A stretch of 18,000 nucleotides of DNA, from contig JBKGZT010000026.1 in the NCBI GenBank assembly GCA_046543235.1, positions 1-18,000 on the forward strand, read 5' to 3'. Both the position numbers and the translations under genes were made by a program. This document shows, piece by piece, positions 1 to 8,551 of this stretch (the first letter of the stretch is position 1; each line of letters begins with the position of its first letter). This stretch comes from Candidatus Acetothermia bacterium. GTDB taxonomy: Bacteria > Bipolaricaulota > Bipolaricaulia > M55B111. The notes beneath the pieces are model-generated. The model made no database searches, was not told where the DNA came from, and saw only the letters and a list, made by a program, of their open reading frames with translations.

Positions 1-28
1 CCGAGTAGATTATAAGGAGGTATGATTG

Positions 29-3000
29 ATGAAATTGACTAAGTACAAGGTTGGTTTATTAAGCCTGGCGATTGTTCTGTCGGTAGGGATGCTTCTGGGA
101 GTTAATTCGGCAGTGCTAGGAGAGAAAGACAAAAAGACAACATATACTATTGACTCAGAAGAGGATCTAAAGGATATTACTGGGGACTATTTGAGCGCCG
201 TTGAAGAAATAGGTAGTGACGACTCGGTCGATATAGAAGACGGCGATACAATAAAGTTGGATTTTGAGGGTGAAAATTGGGAGGTCACACAGACGGCGTC
301 TTTGATGGTCGATAAGGACGTTACAATTAAACCCTCGGAAGATGATGAAACTGTTACTTTAAATCAAGATTCTTCTTGGGATGGTGCTACCACAGACGAT
401 GATGAAGTAGATGACAATGTTGATGCAGCAATCGTAGTCCTTTCGGATGGCGTGACGCTGGATAGCCTTGAATTTAACCCTGAAAATGGTGGTATTCAAA
501 ATGCCATTGAGGTAGATTGCTGTGTCTTTGGTGATTCACTTAAATTTGAGAATTTAAATATACCAGTTGCTACCTCCGTTGGGTCTTTTAAGAATGGAAT
601 AAAGTTCGACGGAGAAGTATCGACCTCCGGGTCCTGTGGAGGAGAAGAGGGGTCTGTATATACCGATGGAATAACCATAAAGGAAGTAAGGATTTCTGGT
701 GCAGGGGAAAATATCACTGGTGATGGTATATTATTTACGGATAATGTTGGCAACGTAGAAAACGTCAGTATCAATAAGATATATGCAGGAGGAATGGATT
801 CCGGTGCCGGGATTCGTTTCGAAAATGAAGGATCACTAAAGGATGTATCGATTACTAACAGCGACATAAAGACAGGATCAGTGTTTAACGAAGACGCCGG
901 TATTGTCGATAATGAAGACGGGATACTGATAGATGGCGAAAATGTTACGGCAGTAGAGGGGTTTGATATAAACCGGACCCGTATAGAGGAAAACACTGAT
1001 ATAGGCTTATTCATATTGGGTGATGACCAGTATGATGGTTCTGGAGAAGCAGCAATCTCATTAATTGATGGAATCTCTGTCAAAAACTCGAAAATTGCCG
1101 GAAACTCTATCGGAATTCTTGTTGCTTCAATTGATTCAGACGATGAATTCGTTTACAGTCCAATAAAAGTCGACGGGCTCCACCTTGGCGAGGACTTGGA
1201 AGTTTTCAACAACAAAGATGCGGGGGCATCGTTCCTCGTTCAGGTTGTGGACGGATCCAAGTCGGAACCCGCCCTTACCGTAAGCGACAGTCAGTTCAAC
1301 GAAGACAGTACGGGATCGGACGACGATAACGAACAGGGTAGCGGCTTGGTAGTGAATGCATACGAGGGAATTTACGGGGCAAAAATCAGCGACTCAACTT
1401 TCCATGACCACGATTACGAAAGTGAAGATTCATTGCCTGGAGTCGGTATAAACCTGAGAACACCAGTCTTAGACGATGATGACGATGAAACTTACTACGA
1501 TGCGGTGGACGGGGTAATCGTCGAGGATACCAGCGCCCAGAACAACGGCGGTCACGGATTTGAAGTGTTTGCCAACGTGGTGAACGACGTCGATATAAAG
1601 AGTTCTGTCAACGGCCGAGCCAAGTTCTCCGGAAACGGCGAGGGCGAGGCCGAAAGCGCAAGCGGAAGCGGGATCGAAATAGTGGGTCAGAACCGCGTTA
1701 GCGAGTTGTCGGTTCTTGGCGAGGCTGACGGTGGCAATCTTCTGGCCAACTTCAACGAGGATTACGGAATATCCGTGGAAAGCGGAGACCGAATCTGGGG
1801 CGTTGAAGTAGAAAACGCCAAGTTCGGTAGCGTTACTGACTATAACAACGGAAACGGAAATACCGGTGCCAGACTTCTTACTACTGATCAGGATAGTCAT
1901 ATTGGGGGGACCGACGAAGACGACGAGGCTATTAGCTTCCAGAACGTGGTGGCAAGTGGCAATGAAGGGAACGGTCTAGAAATAATATCCGAGGGAAGCT
2001 TCTCTAACCCCAAAGGCAAAGCCGTGGTAAAAGACTCCGAGTTTAACGAAAACAAGGAAGAAGGATTTTACCTGGCAGCCCTGGAGAGCGTAAAGTATCC
2101 GTTAATAGAGGACAGCTTCTTTCTGAAGAACAAGTCTGATACAGCCGGGATATTCATTTCTGCAGGTGGGGAGGATACCGAAGGTGAGGTCTTGGGTAGT
2201 TCGAGTACTAAAGACATAAGAGGAAATGTAGTAGCTGATAACATACAAGGAATAGCTATTGGAGATCCTGATAACAGCTCTCTAGAGGTAATTAAAAACG
2301 TTACCTTGACCGAAAATACGACTGAACACCCAACTAATGAGGAAGCAAACGGTAACTCCGAATATAATATGGTACTAACTGCAGAAGAACTTAACTCAAT
2401 TAACGTTGAAGATAACCGCTTTATAGGGCCTTATGACACGGATGATGGATTAGGGATCGGATTACAGTTAACCGCAAATGATTCTAGTTCGAGCAACCTG
2501 GTGCAAGGGAACGTATTCGACAGCGAGGCTTCCGGCTTCTGTATAGGGGATGGTACGGCGATAGTTCTGGATGCCATGGATACGGACATAAGACGGAATG
2601 AGTTCAAGTCATTTTCCACGGCAATTGAGGTAAAACAGGAGAACTCTGACGTATCGAAGGCAAAAGACGCCAGCAACCACATAAACGAGAACAATATCCT
2701 TAGCTGTTGTTTCTTGATAGACGCTTCAGAACTCGATTACGACGACGGTCAGCGGGTAGATGCCACGGATAACTTCTGGGGAGAGGACGTTAGCAAGAGC
2801 GATCTTAACAACGAGAACAACATGAAGACGGATTCGGATGAGCCGCTCGACCAGATCTTCGTAGAACCGCTCGAAGAAGACCCTGTGGGTAAAATCTATC
2901 CGAGCATATCTAAGTTCAATTACTCGCCGTCTGAACCAAAAGTCGACGAGAAGGTGACTCTTGAATACACTCTGAAGAACGACTCGGAGGAGACCATCAG

Positions 3001-3520
3001 CGGGCACGAGGTCAGGATCAAAGTCGAGGATCCGACTGGAACGACGGTGGCAGACGTTCCGAAGGAAGACGTGCCCAAACTGGAACCCGGAGAGACCTAT
3101 TCGTCAAACCACTCCTTCATACCTACCCGGGACGGCGACTACGTGGCAAGTCTGGAAGTCGACGAAGAGGTCACTGAATCCCGAACGATCTCCGTGGGCG
3201 AGGACCCCGGACCGCCCAAAGACGACTACGAACCGGACTGGGACAACACCGGCATTATGCCTGCACCGATAGACGGGGAGACGACTCCAGCTCTGGAGGT
3301 CAGAGACTCGGACGGAGATCCAATACCTGGTGAAGTCATAGACCCCGTAACCATAAAAGTTTTCGACGTCTCAGGGAAGAAGCTGGAGACCTTCGAATCA
3401 GTATCTGAGTTGAATGCTCTGGAAAACCTGCAAAACGGTCTCTATCTTTACGTCGTCGACATTACGATCGACGAGGATGATTACCAGAGCGCGGTCAAGA
3501 AGTTCGTCGTCAAGAAGTAA
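29..3520 (+). CDS. Large acidic secreted/surface protein: signal peptide, right-handed beta-helix repeats, CARDB/Ig-like domain, C-terminal T9SS type A-like sorting domain
   Basis: AGGAGG at 15-20 lies 8 nt before ATG at 29. N-terminus KLTKYKVGLLSLAIVLSVGMLLGVNSAVLG is signal-like. Many N-x-x-x-G-hydrophobic repeats (NNGGHGFEV, GNEGNGLEI, ENKEEGFYL) are typical of PbH1 beta-helices; DATDNFWG follows them. SPSEPKVDEKVTLEYTLKN...LEPGET is CARDB-like (~2900-3200). The protein ends IKVFDVSGKKL...LQNGLYLYVV...KKFVVKK. Confidence 0.85.
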   Translation: MKLTKYKVGLLSLAIVLSVGMLLGVNSAVLGEKDKKTTYTIDSEEDLKDITGDYLSAVEEIGSDDSVDIEDGDTIKLDFEGENWEVTQTASLMVDKDVTIKPSEDDETVTLNQDSSWDGATTDDDEVDDNVDAAIVVLSDGVTLDSLEFNPENGGIQNAIEVDCCVFGDSLKFENLNIPVATSVGSFKNGIKFDGEVSTSGSCGGEEGSVYTDGITIKEVRISGAGENITGDGILFTDNVGNVENVSINKIYAGGMDSGAGIRFENEGSLKDVSITNSDIKTGSVFNEDAGIVDNEDGILIDGENVTAVEGFDINRTRIEENTDIGLFILGDDQYDGSGEAAISLIDGISVKNSKIAGNSIGILVASIDSDDEFVYSPIKVDGLHLGEDLEVFNNKDAGASFLVQVVDGSKSEPALTVSDSQFNEDSTGSDDDNEQGSGLVVNAYEGIYGAKISDSTFHDHDYESEDSLPGVGINLRTPVLDDDDDETYYDAVDGVIVEDTSAQNNGGHGFEVFANVVNDVDIKSSVNGRAKFSGNGEGEAESASGSGIEIVGQNRVSELSVLGEADGGNLLANFNEDYGISVESGDRIWGVEVENAKFGSVTDYNNGNGNTGARLLTTDQDSHIGGTDEDDEAISFQNVVASGNEGNGLEIISEGSFSNPKGKAVVKDSEFNENKEEGFYLAALESVKYPLIEDSFFLKNKSDTAGIFISAGGEDTEGEVLGSSSTKDIRGNVVADNIQGIAIGDPDNSSLEVIKNVTLTENTTEHPTNEEANGNSEYNMVLTAEELNSINVEDNRFIGPYDTDDGLGIGLQLTANDSSSSNLVQGNVFDSEASGFCIGDGTAIVLDAMDTDIRRNEFKSFSTAIEVKQENSDVSKAKDASNHINENNILSCCFLIDASELDYDDGQRVDATDNFWGEDVSKSDLNNENNMKTDSDEPLDQIFVEPLEEDPVGKIYPSISKFNYSPSEPKVDEKVTLEYTLKNDSEETISGHEVRIKVEDPTGTTVADVPKEDVPKLEPGETYSSNHSFIPTRDGDYVASLEVDEEVTESRTISVGEDPGPPKDDYEPDWDNTGIMPAPIDGETTPALEVRDSDGDPIPGEVIDPVTIKVFDVSGKKLETFESVSELNALENLQNGLYLYVVDITIDEDDYQSAVKKFVVKK

Positions 3521-3553
3521 GATGATCGTCCGTTGAACCAAGGATTTAACACG

Positions 3554-3587
3554 CTCCAGGTCCCTTGCCGGGGCCTGGAGTTTTCTT
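3554..3587 (+). terminator. Rho-independent terminator after the large surface protein gene
   Basis: Stem CTCCAGGTCCC / GGGGCCTGGAG (11 bp, one G-U), loop TTGCC, followed by TTTTCTT, 33 nt after the stop codon. Confidence 0.8.
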
Positions 3588-3743
3588 ATCATTAACTTGA
3601 TTTTTAAACTAAACAGGGAAGGGTAATTTGACGAAACCACCGAAAAGTTCTAGCCGTGCCGGAAGACTGGAAAGCTTGCAATTCCCCGCAGTTTTACGGA
3701 TAAATAATAACGGATCCAGATTATGCTAAGGAGGTAAACCGGG

Positions 3744-6203
3744 ATGCGTCCGCGCTCTTCGTTTCTGATCGTTCTTTTGATCGTATTTTTATCCTCCCCT
3801 CTGGCTTTGGGGGCACCAGAGTTCCAGACTTATCTGCCCAACTCACTTAACCTCAACCCCCTCGACGAGGGAGTTCTGGTCCACGAAATTCGTGTGGAAG
3901 AGGTGCTGAATCCCCTGAGGATCAAGGAGTTGACGGTAAGGAATGAAGGAACGGTTTCGGCCACCGAGCTTTCCGAGATCAACCTTCGTTTCCGGAAGGA
4001 GGGGGGAGAATGGTCGTCGGTCAAGCTGGAGGATTTATCCGGTATAAATTCCGGAATTACTTTCTCCTTGCCGGGCGACGGAATGACTTTAGAGCCGGGA
4101 GATGAGGCCGAATTTCGCCTGCTTGTTTCTGTTGCCTCACCGGAAAGGGTGCCTCTGAGCAAGTACGGCGAGGACGTTTCGCTGGAGCTTTCCGGCATGT
4201 TTCACTACGTTTACCTCGATGAACGCGGGGAGGCGATGGAGTCCGTAAGCTCGAACTGGGTTACCGATCCCGGTGTGGATACGATCCTTCGTGGCGGTTT
4301 CGAAGAGATCGAGGCCCGGTCGCTCGAGTCGGATATACTCCAACCCGGGACCAACCCTCAGATAGGTAGTTTTGTTTTTCGGGATGACGACTCGAACGAC
4401 AGGGGTGTCGAGACGGACCTGATAAAGGTGGAAAACAAGTCCCGCGGGGAGGACCCCCTAGTCTTCGGGAAGGATATTACAGAACTTACGCTGAACCTGA
4501 AGATCCGTGAGGGTGACGGGGTTACGGAGAAAACCATCCGCAGGGAGATAAATAGTCCGACCACGGAGGTTACGATCCCGACGGAACCCGACGGCTGGTG
4601 GGACGGTGGCTGTGAGGATGGCTGTGAAGTTGAACTGGAAGTGAAAGGAAAGATCGCCGAGAGCGAGCCCGTTCAGGGTATGGAGCTAAAGACAGGTGTG
4701 ACCCTGGAAACCAGGGAAGACGACGGAATCTCAGGTTATCCTTTCCAACAGAGGTCGGTCGTTCCTGACGAGAGTGCTCAAAGCATCGTCGTCCAGGGAT
4801 TAGAAAGTATAGAAGAGTCTACTGACTGGCGTTCCGGAGTGATCAACCTCGGTGAAGTGTACACTCAGCGCCTTATCCTGTACGACGATGATAGGGACGA
4901 CGACGACTTTTTCGTAAACAACGTTAGCTTTCGCAACGAAGGAACGCTTGAAAACTCCGGGGTGGAGGAAGTTTCCGTTTATCGCGTTGAACCGGACGGG
5001 AGTATGACGGAGTTGGCCTCCGACCTAAAGCTTTCCAGCGACTGGCAGGAGTTGCGGGAAGAAAACAACAGGATACCGGACGACGGTCGGGCCGAATTCG
5101 AAATCCGTTACGAGATTTCCGAAGAAGCAACGGAAGGGACTACCTTCCAACCGGTAGTACAGTTCCGTGGAGCCGAGGGAGCCGTGGACGGGGTACCCGG
5201 GCCGGTTCATAGGTCTTCCGAGAGTTTGACCGTCTATCACTACGGGGCCGAAATCTTAGAAGCGAGCCGGGGATCATTGGCCCGGTCTCCTATCACCGGG
5301 CGGGAAGGAGTTATAGCTCAGAGGATCGACTTGATGGATAAGGACGAAAACCGGTTCGACCTGTTGATAAATCCGATCGTGATCAAAAATACGGGGACCG
5401 CTACGGGAAGCGACTTTCGTAAACTCGAACTCTACGACTCGGACGGGGAGTTGCTGGTAACGAAGACCGATCTCAGGGGGCTGAGTACGGCCGGGGTCAC
5501 TCTGGATAACCTGGATGGAAAGACCCGGGTGAAGGATAGCCAGGCGGGAAATTGGCGGACTTTCTATATCTACCTCGTCCCCAAAGAGAGGATCGGGGAA
5601 GAGACTCTCGACCTCCATACTACTCTGTACATGACGGAAGGAGGGCGGGATGTAGTCAAGACGCTGCAGGGGCCCGAACGGAAGGTTCCCGCAGGAGTCG
5701 CTCCGACTCGTCGTGACACTCAGGAGGAGTCTCGTGAGACGGATCAGTTCCTCGATTCCGAGCAGCCCTTTGGTTTTGGCTTTGCCGCCGGCACGAGCTA
5801 TCCGAATTTTCCCTCCTTGAGCGCGAAGTTATTCCTCGAAGCCCCCCTGGGAGAACTGGAACTAAACGGACCGAGCGCCGGAAAGGAAACGGTTTTCAGC
5901 CGGTTTGGCTTTGAGGTGGACTCCGTTACGGCCTCAGCCTATTACTATCCCAACCTCTCTCTAGGGTACAAGTGGCCTTACGATAGGGGGGTTAGCCAGT
6001 TCGTGGGAGCTGGTGGAGGCGCCGTTTTGCCTGGCGATACTGGCCTGGGGAATACGATTGGTATCCATGGGGTCTACGGTATTACCACCACGGAGTTGTT
6101 CGAAGAGGATGTACCTGTACTCCTCCAGGCCCAGGTTAAATACCTGGGTGACCCGATGGCGGAAACGGTTTTCGGGATAAATCTCGGGGTCCTGTTTGAT
6201 TAA
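3744..6203 (+). CDS. Secreted protein with four ~150-167 aa Ig-like repeats and a probable C-terminal outer-membrane beta-barrel-like domain
   Basis: RBS AAGGAGGT at 3728-3735. Signal peptide MRPRSSFLIVLLIVFLSSPLALG. Recurrent motif (R/E/K)N(E/K/T)(G/S) with Asn codons at 3942, 4434, 4935 and 5388, three of them preceded by Asp-rich motifs. The last ~145 aa show alternating hydrophobic/Gly strands ending VFGINLGVLFD. Confidence 0.75.
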   Translation: MRPRSSFLIVLLIVFLSSPLALGAPEFQTYLPNSLNLNPLDEGVLVHEIRVEEVLNPLRIKELTVRNEGTVSATELSEINLRFRKEGGEWSSVKLEDLSGINSGITFSLPGDGMTLEPGDEAEFRLLVSVASPERVPLSKYGEDVSLELSGMFHYVYLDERGEAMESVSSNWVTDPGVDTILRGGFEEIEARSLESDILQPGTNPQIGSFVFRDDDSNDRGVETDLIKVENKSRGEDPLVFGKDITELTLNLKIREGDGVTEKTIRREINSPTTEVTIPTEPDGWWDGGCEDGCEVELEVKGKIAESEPVQGMELKTGVTLETREDDGISGYPFQQRSVVPDESAQSIVVQGLESIEESTDWRSGVINLGEVYTQRLILYDDDRDDDDFFVNNVSFRNEGTLENSGVEEVSVYRVEPDGSMTELASDLKLSSDWQELREENNRIPDDGRAEFEIRYEISEEATEGTTFQPVVQFRGAEGAVDGVPGPVHRSSESLTVYHYGAEILEASRGSLARSPITGREGVIAQRIDLMDKDENRFDLLINPIVIKNTGTATGSDFRKLELYDSDGELLVTKTDLRGLSTAGVTLDNLDGKTRVKDSQAGNWRTFYIYLVPKERIGEETLDLHTTLYMTEGGRDVVKTLQGPERKVPAGVAPTRRDTQEESRETDQFLDSEQPFGFGFAAGTSYPNFPSLSAKLFLEAPLGELELNGPSAGKETVFSRFGFEVDSVTASAYYYPNLSLGYKWPYDRGVSQFVGAGGGAVLPGDTGLGNTIGIHGVYGITTTELFEEDVPVLLQAQVKYLGDPMAETVFGINLGVLFD

Positions 6204-6509
6204 ACCTGGTTTACGCTACCTCTATTTATGTACCTCTGAATTCTAAAGAGAGGCTAACCGCGTTTTCCTACCTTTTTAAAGCTCATATTTTTCGTTTTTT
6301 AGGATACGTCTTTAATGGCTTGTGATGCTCTTTGCTCCGGTCCGCATATGTCTGACCGAGCGCCAGCGAGGGAGACAGCTGCCTTAAACCGGTAACGCTT
6401 GCCTCGCTCCTTGTGAATCGTTAAACTTTTCCCCGGTCAGAGAGTTTTACAGGACGGGTATAATCCGTATTGAGCAAGGTACAGGTAGATTATCAGAGGT
6501 GAACGACAG

Positions 6510-6914
6510 TTGGAATTTAAACTAATAACTCCGGACCGTCTCGTATATTCGGGCGAGGCCGAACTAGTCGGTGGTCGGACCGAGGACGGTTCGTTTAGCG
6601 TATTGCCGCGCCATATCCCCGCGGTTATGGAGCTCGAGCCAGCACTCCTGAAGGTAGAAAGTGGTGGAGGTACCGAAAGGTTTGTCGTCCACGGCGGTTT
6701 TCTCTTTAAAGAACGGGACGAGACCGTGAAGGTACTCACTCGGGAGGCCAGTGATTTGGGGGATATCGACGTGGGGAAGCTGGAAGAAAGGATACAGGAG
6801 CTGGAAGAGGAATTGAGCAGTCTCAACCGAGAGGGGCAGCCTGGGCACTACGACGAAACTGTTGCGGAACTGGATAGAGCGGAATTAACCGCGAAGCTGG
6901 TGAAAGATGAGTAA
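6510..6914 (+). CDS. atpC: F1F0 ATP synthase epsilon subunit (orphan)
   Basis: FKLITPDRLVYSGEAELV...GSFSVLPRHIP...LEPALLKV...FVVHGGFL...VKVLT...DID followed by a helical hairpin is the epsilon pattern. TTG start with GAGGTG upstream. Confidence 0.88.
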   Translation: MEFKLITPDRLVYSGEAELVGGRTEDGSFSVLPRHIPAVMELEPALLKVESGGGTERFVVHGGFLFKERDETVKVLTREASDLGDIDVGKLEERIQELEEELSSLNREGQPGHYDETVAELDRAELTAKLVKDE

Positions 6915-8154
6915 AAAGCCTGCCGTCTACGTTACCGGCATGGGGGCCGTTACCCCGCTGGGAGTTGGGGTGGAGGAAACCTGGAATAAGCTCAAGGCGG
7001 GTGAGTCCTCCGTCCGGAGGATAGACGATAGAATAGATACTACCGACCTCAAGTCCAAAATAGGTTCCCCAGTAGTGGATTTCGATCCCTCTAAATGGTT
7101 TAACCGGAAACGGGCCCGAAGGCTAGGGCGGTCCAGCCAGTTTGCGATAGTCGCGGCGAAGGAAGCGCTGGACGATGCGAACTGGGAGCTGGAGGACGAC
7201 CACAGGAACCTGGAGGTTGGAGTCGTCGCCGGCACCGGTATAGGCAACCTGCACCCACTCATAGTTAACCACGAGGAGATTCTGGAAAGGGGGCCGAGGC
7301 GGGTAAGCCCGTTCTTGATACCTCAGCTAATGCCGAACGCAGCAGCCGCCCAGGTGTCGATCGAGTTCGGTTTCTCTGGTCCGAACTACGGAGCCGTTTC
7401 CGCTTGTGCAAGTGGAGCCCACGCCGTCGCCCAGGCTTTTGAGGAATTACGGTCGGGGGGAGCGGACATGATGCTTGCCGGAGGGGTGGAGACGCCTATT
7501 TTACGAATAGCCTATGCGGGTTTCGATCGGATCAAGGCTCTGTCGACCAGGAACGATGAGCCGGAGAGGGCCTCAAGGCCCTTCGACGCCGAACGGGACG
7601 GTTTCGTCATGGGAGAAGGGGGCGGGTTTCTCGTCCTGGAGACGGAAGAAGGCGTAGAAAAGAGGGGGGTCCAGCCTTACTCCAGGATAAGGGGAGTGGG
7701 CAAGACCGCCGATGCCCACCACGTGACGGCTCCGCGCGAGGACGGAGCCGGGGCCAGGGAGGCCATGGAACGCGCTCTAAAGCTCGGCGGCGTAGAACCG
7801 GAGGAGGTAGATTACATCAATGCCCACGGGACGAGCACCAGTTTAAACGACAGGATGGAGACGAGCGCGGTAAAAGACCTCCTCGGTGAGAGGGCATATG
7901 AAGTCCCTATATCCTCGAACAAGTCCCAGTTTGGCCATCTGGTTGGCGCTGCCGGTACGGTGGAAGCGGCGATAACAAGCCTGTCGCTCGTGGAAGGTTA
8001 CGTTCCTCCGACGATCAATTACGAACATCCCGACGAGGAATGCGATCTGGATTACGTGCCGAACGAAGGCAGGGAAGAAGATATCGAAATGGCGCTCTCC
8101 AATTCCTTCGGCTTTGGTGGCCAGAACGCCTCCATTCTGATCGAGAAGGTCTAG
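6907..8154 (+). CDS. fabF: Beta-ketoacyl-ACP synthase II
   Basis: VTGMGAVTPLG, catalytic SACASG, ASRPFDAERDGFVMGEG, YINAHGTST, KSQFGHLVGAAG, SNSFGFGGQNA; Cys-His-His triad intact. Confidence 0.96.
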   Translation: MSKKPAVYVTGMGAVTPLGVGVEETWNKLKAGESSVRRIDDRIDTTDLKSKIGSPVVDFDPSKWFNRKRARRLGRSSQFAIVAAKEALDDANWELEDDHRNLEVGVVAGTGIGNLHPLIVNHEEILERGPRRVSPFLIPQLMPNAAAAQVSIEFGFSGPNYGAVSACASGAHAVAQAFEELRSGGADMMLAGGVETPILRIAYAGFDRIKALSTRNDEPERASRPFDAERDGFVMGEGGGFLVLETEEGVEKRGVQPYSRIRGVGKTADAHHVTAPREDGAGAREAMERALKLGGVEPEEVDYINAHGTSTSLNDRMETSAVKDLLGERAYEVPISSNKSQFGHLVGAAGTVEAAITSLSLVEGYVPPTINYEHPDEECDLDYVPNEGREEDIEMALSNSFGFGGQNASILIEKV

Positions 8155-8168
8155 ATTTGGTGCCCCCC

Positions 8169-8200
8169 GTTCTTTTCTCCCACTAAGAGGGGAAAGGAAC
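8169..8200. terminator. Hairpin just downstream of fabF, possible terminator
   Basis: GTTCTTTTCTCC / GGGGAAAGGAAC 12-bp stem (two G-U), 8-nt loop, 14 nt after the fabF stop. No clear U-tract. Confidence 0.45.
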
Positions 8201-8259
8201 ACTTAATAACGTATCATTGATATCAACTCAATTCTCTCACCCCTACAATTTTCCGATAG

Positions 8260-8279
8260 GCGGGGCTTTCCAGCCCCGC
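8260..8279. repeat. REP-like GC-rich palindrome
   Basis: GCGGGGCT-TTCC-AGCCCCGC perfect 8-bp stem preceded by GATAG; single copy in this window. Confidence 0.45.
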
Positions 8280-8495
8280 TGTGATAGCGGGTTTAAACGT
8301 CAGTTTTTGTGCTTTGGTCAATATCAACTGCTCCTTACCAAAGGAAATTGGCCAACACTTCAACCAACTATGACGGGGCCCTGGAAAGGACCGCTTATAG
8401 AACTCCGTGACGGTAAAAATAACGATAGGGGGTTCCTATCGCCTCTGCCGAGAAGGGTCGAACTGCCAGTAGATTTAATTAGGTGGTAAGGGGTG

Positions 8496-8529
8496 AAAAA
8501 GGGCACGAGAAAAATTCCCGTGCCCTTTT
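8496..8529 (-). terminator. Rho-independent terminator of pgk, probably bidirectional
   Basis: AAAAGGGCACG...CGTGCCCTTTT inverted repeat with A/T tracts on both sides, 22 nt past the pgk stop. Confidence 0.85.
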
Positions 8530-8551
8530 GGTTGAGAAAATCAGTTGTTAG

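Noticed and set aside
22-42. Mini-ORF ATG ATT GAT GAA ATT GAC TAA overlapping the first gene's start
   Set aside because: Its ATG is only 1 nt from the AGGAGG, too close for efficient initiation; ATG at 29 has proper spacing.
29-3520. Diversity-generating retroelement target
   Set aside because: No reverse transcriptase and no template/variable repeat pair were seen in the window.
8370-8410. SRP RNA-like segment (GGGGCCCTGGAAAGGACCGC)
   Set aside because: Lacks the CAGG...GGAA...AGCAG signature of the SRP conserved helix.
8217-8489. 90-aa ORF in the fabF-pgk gap
   Set aside because: TTG start with no RBS, composition unlike the acidic proteome, no recognisable motif, and it crosses several hairpins.
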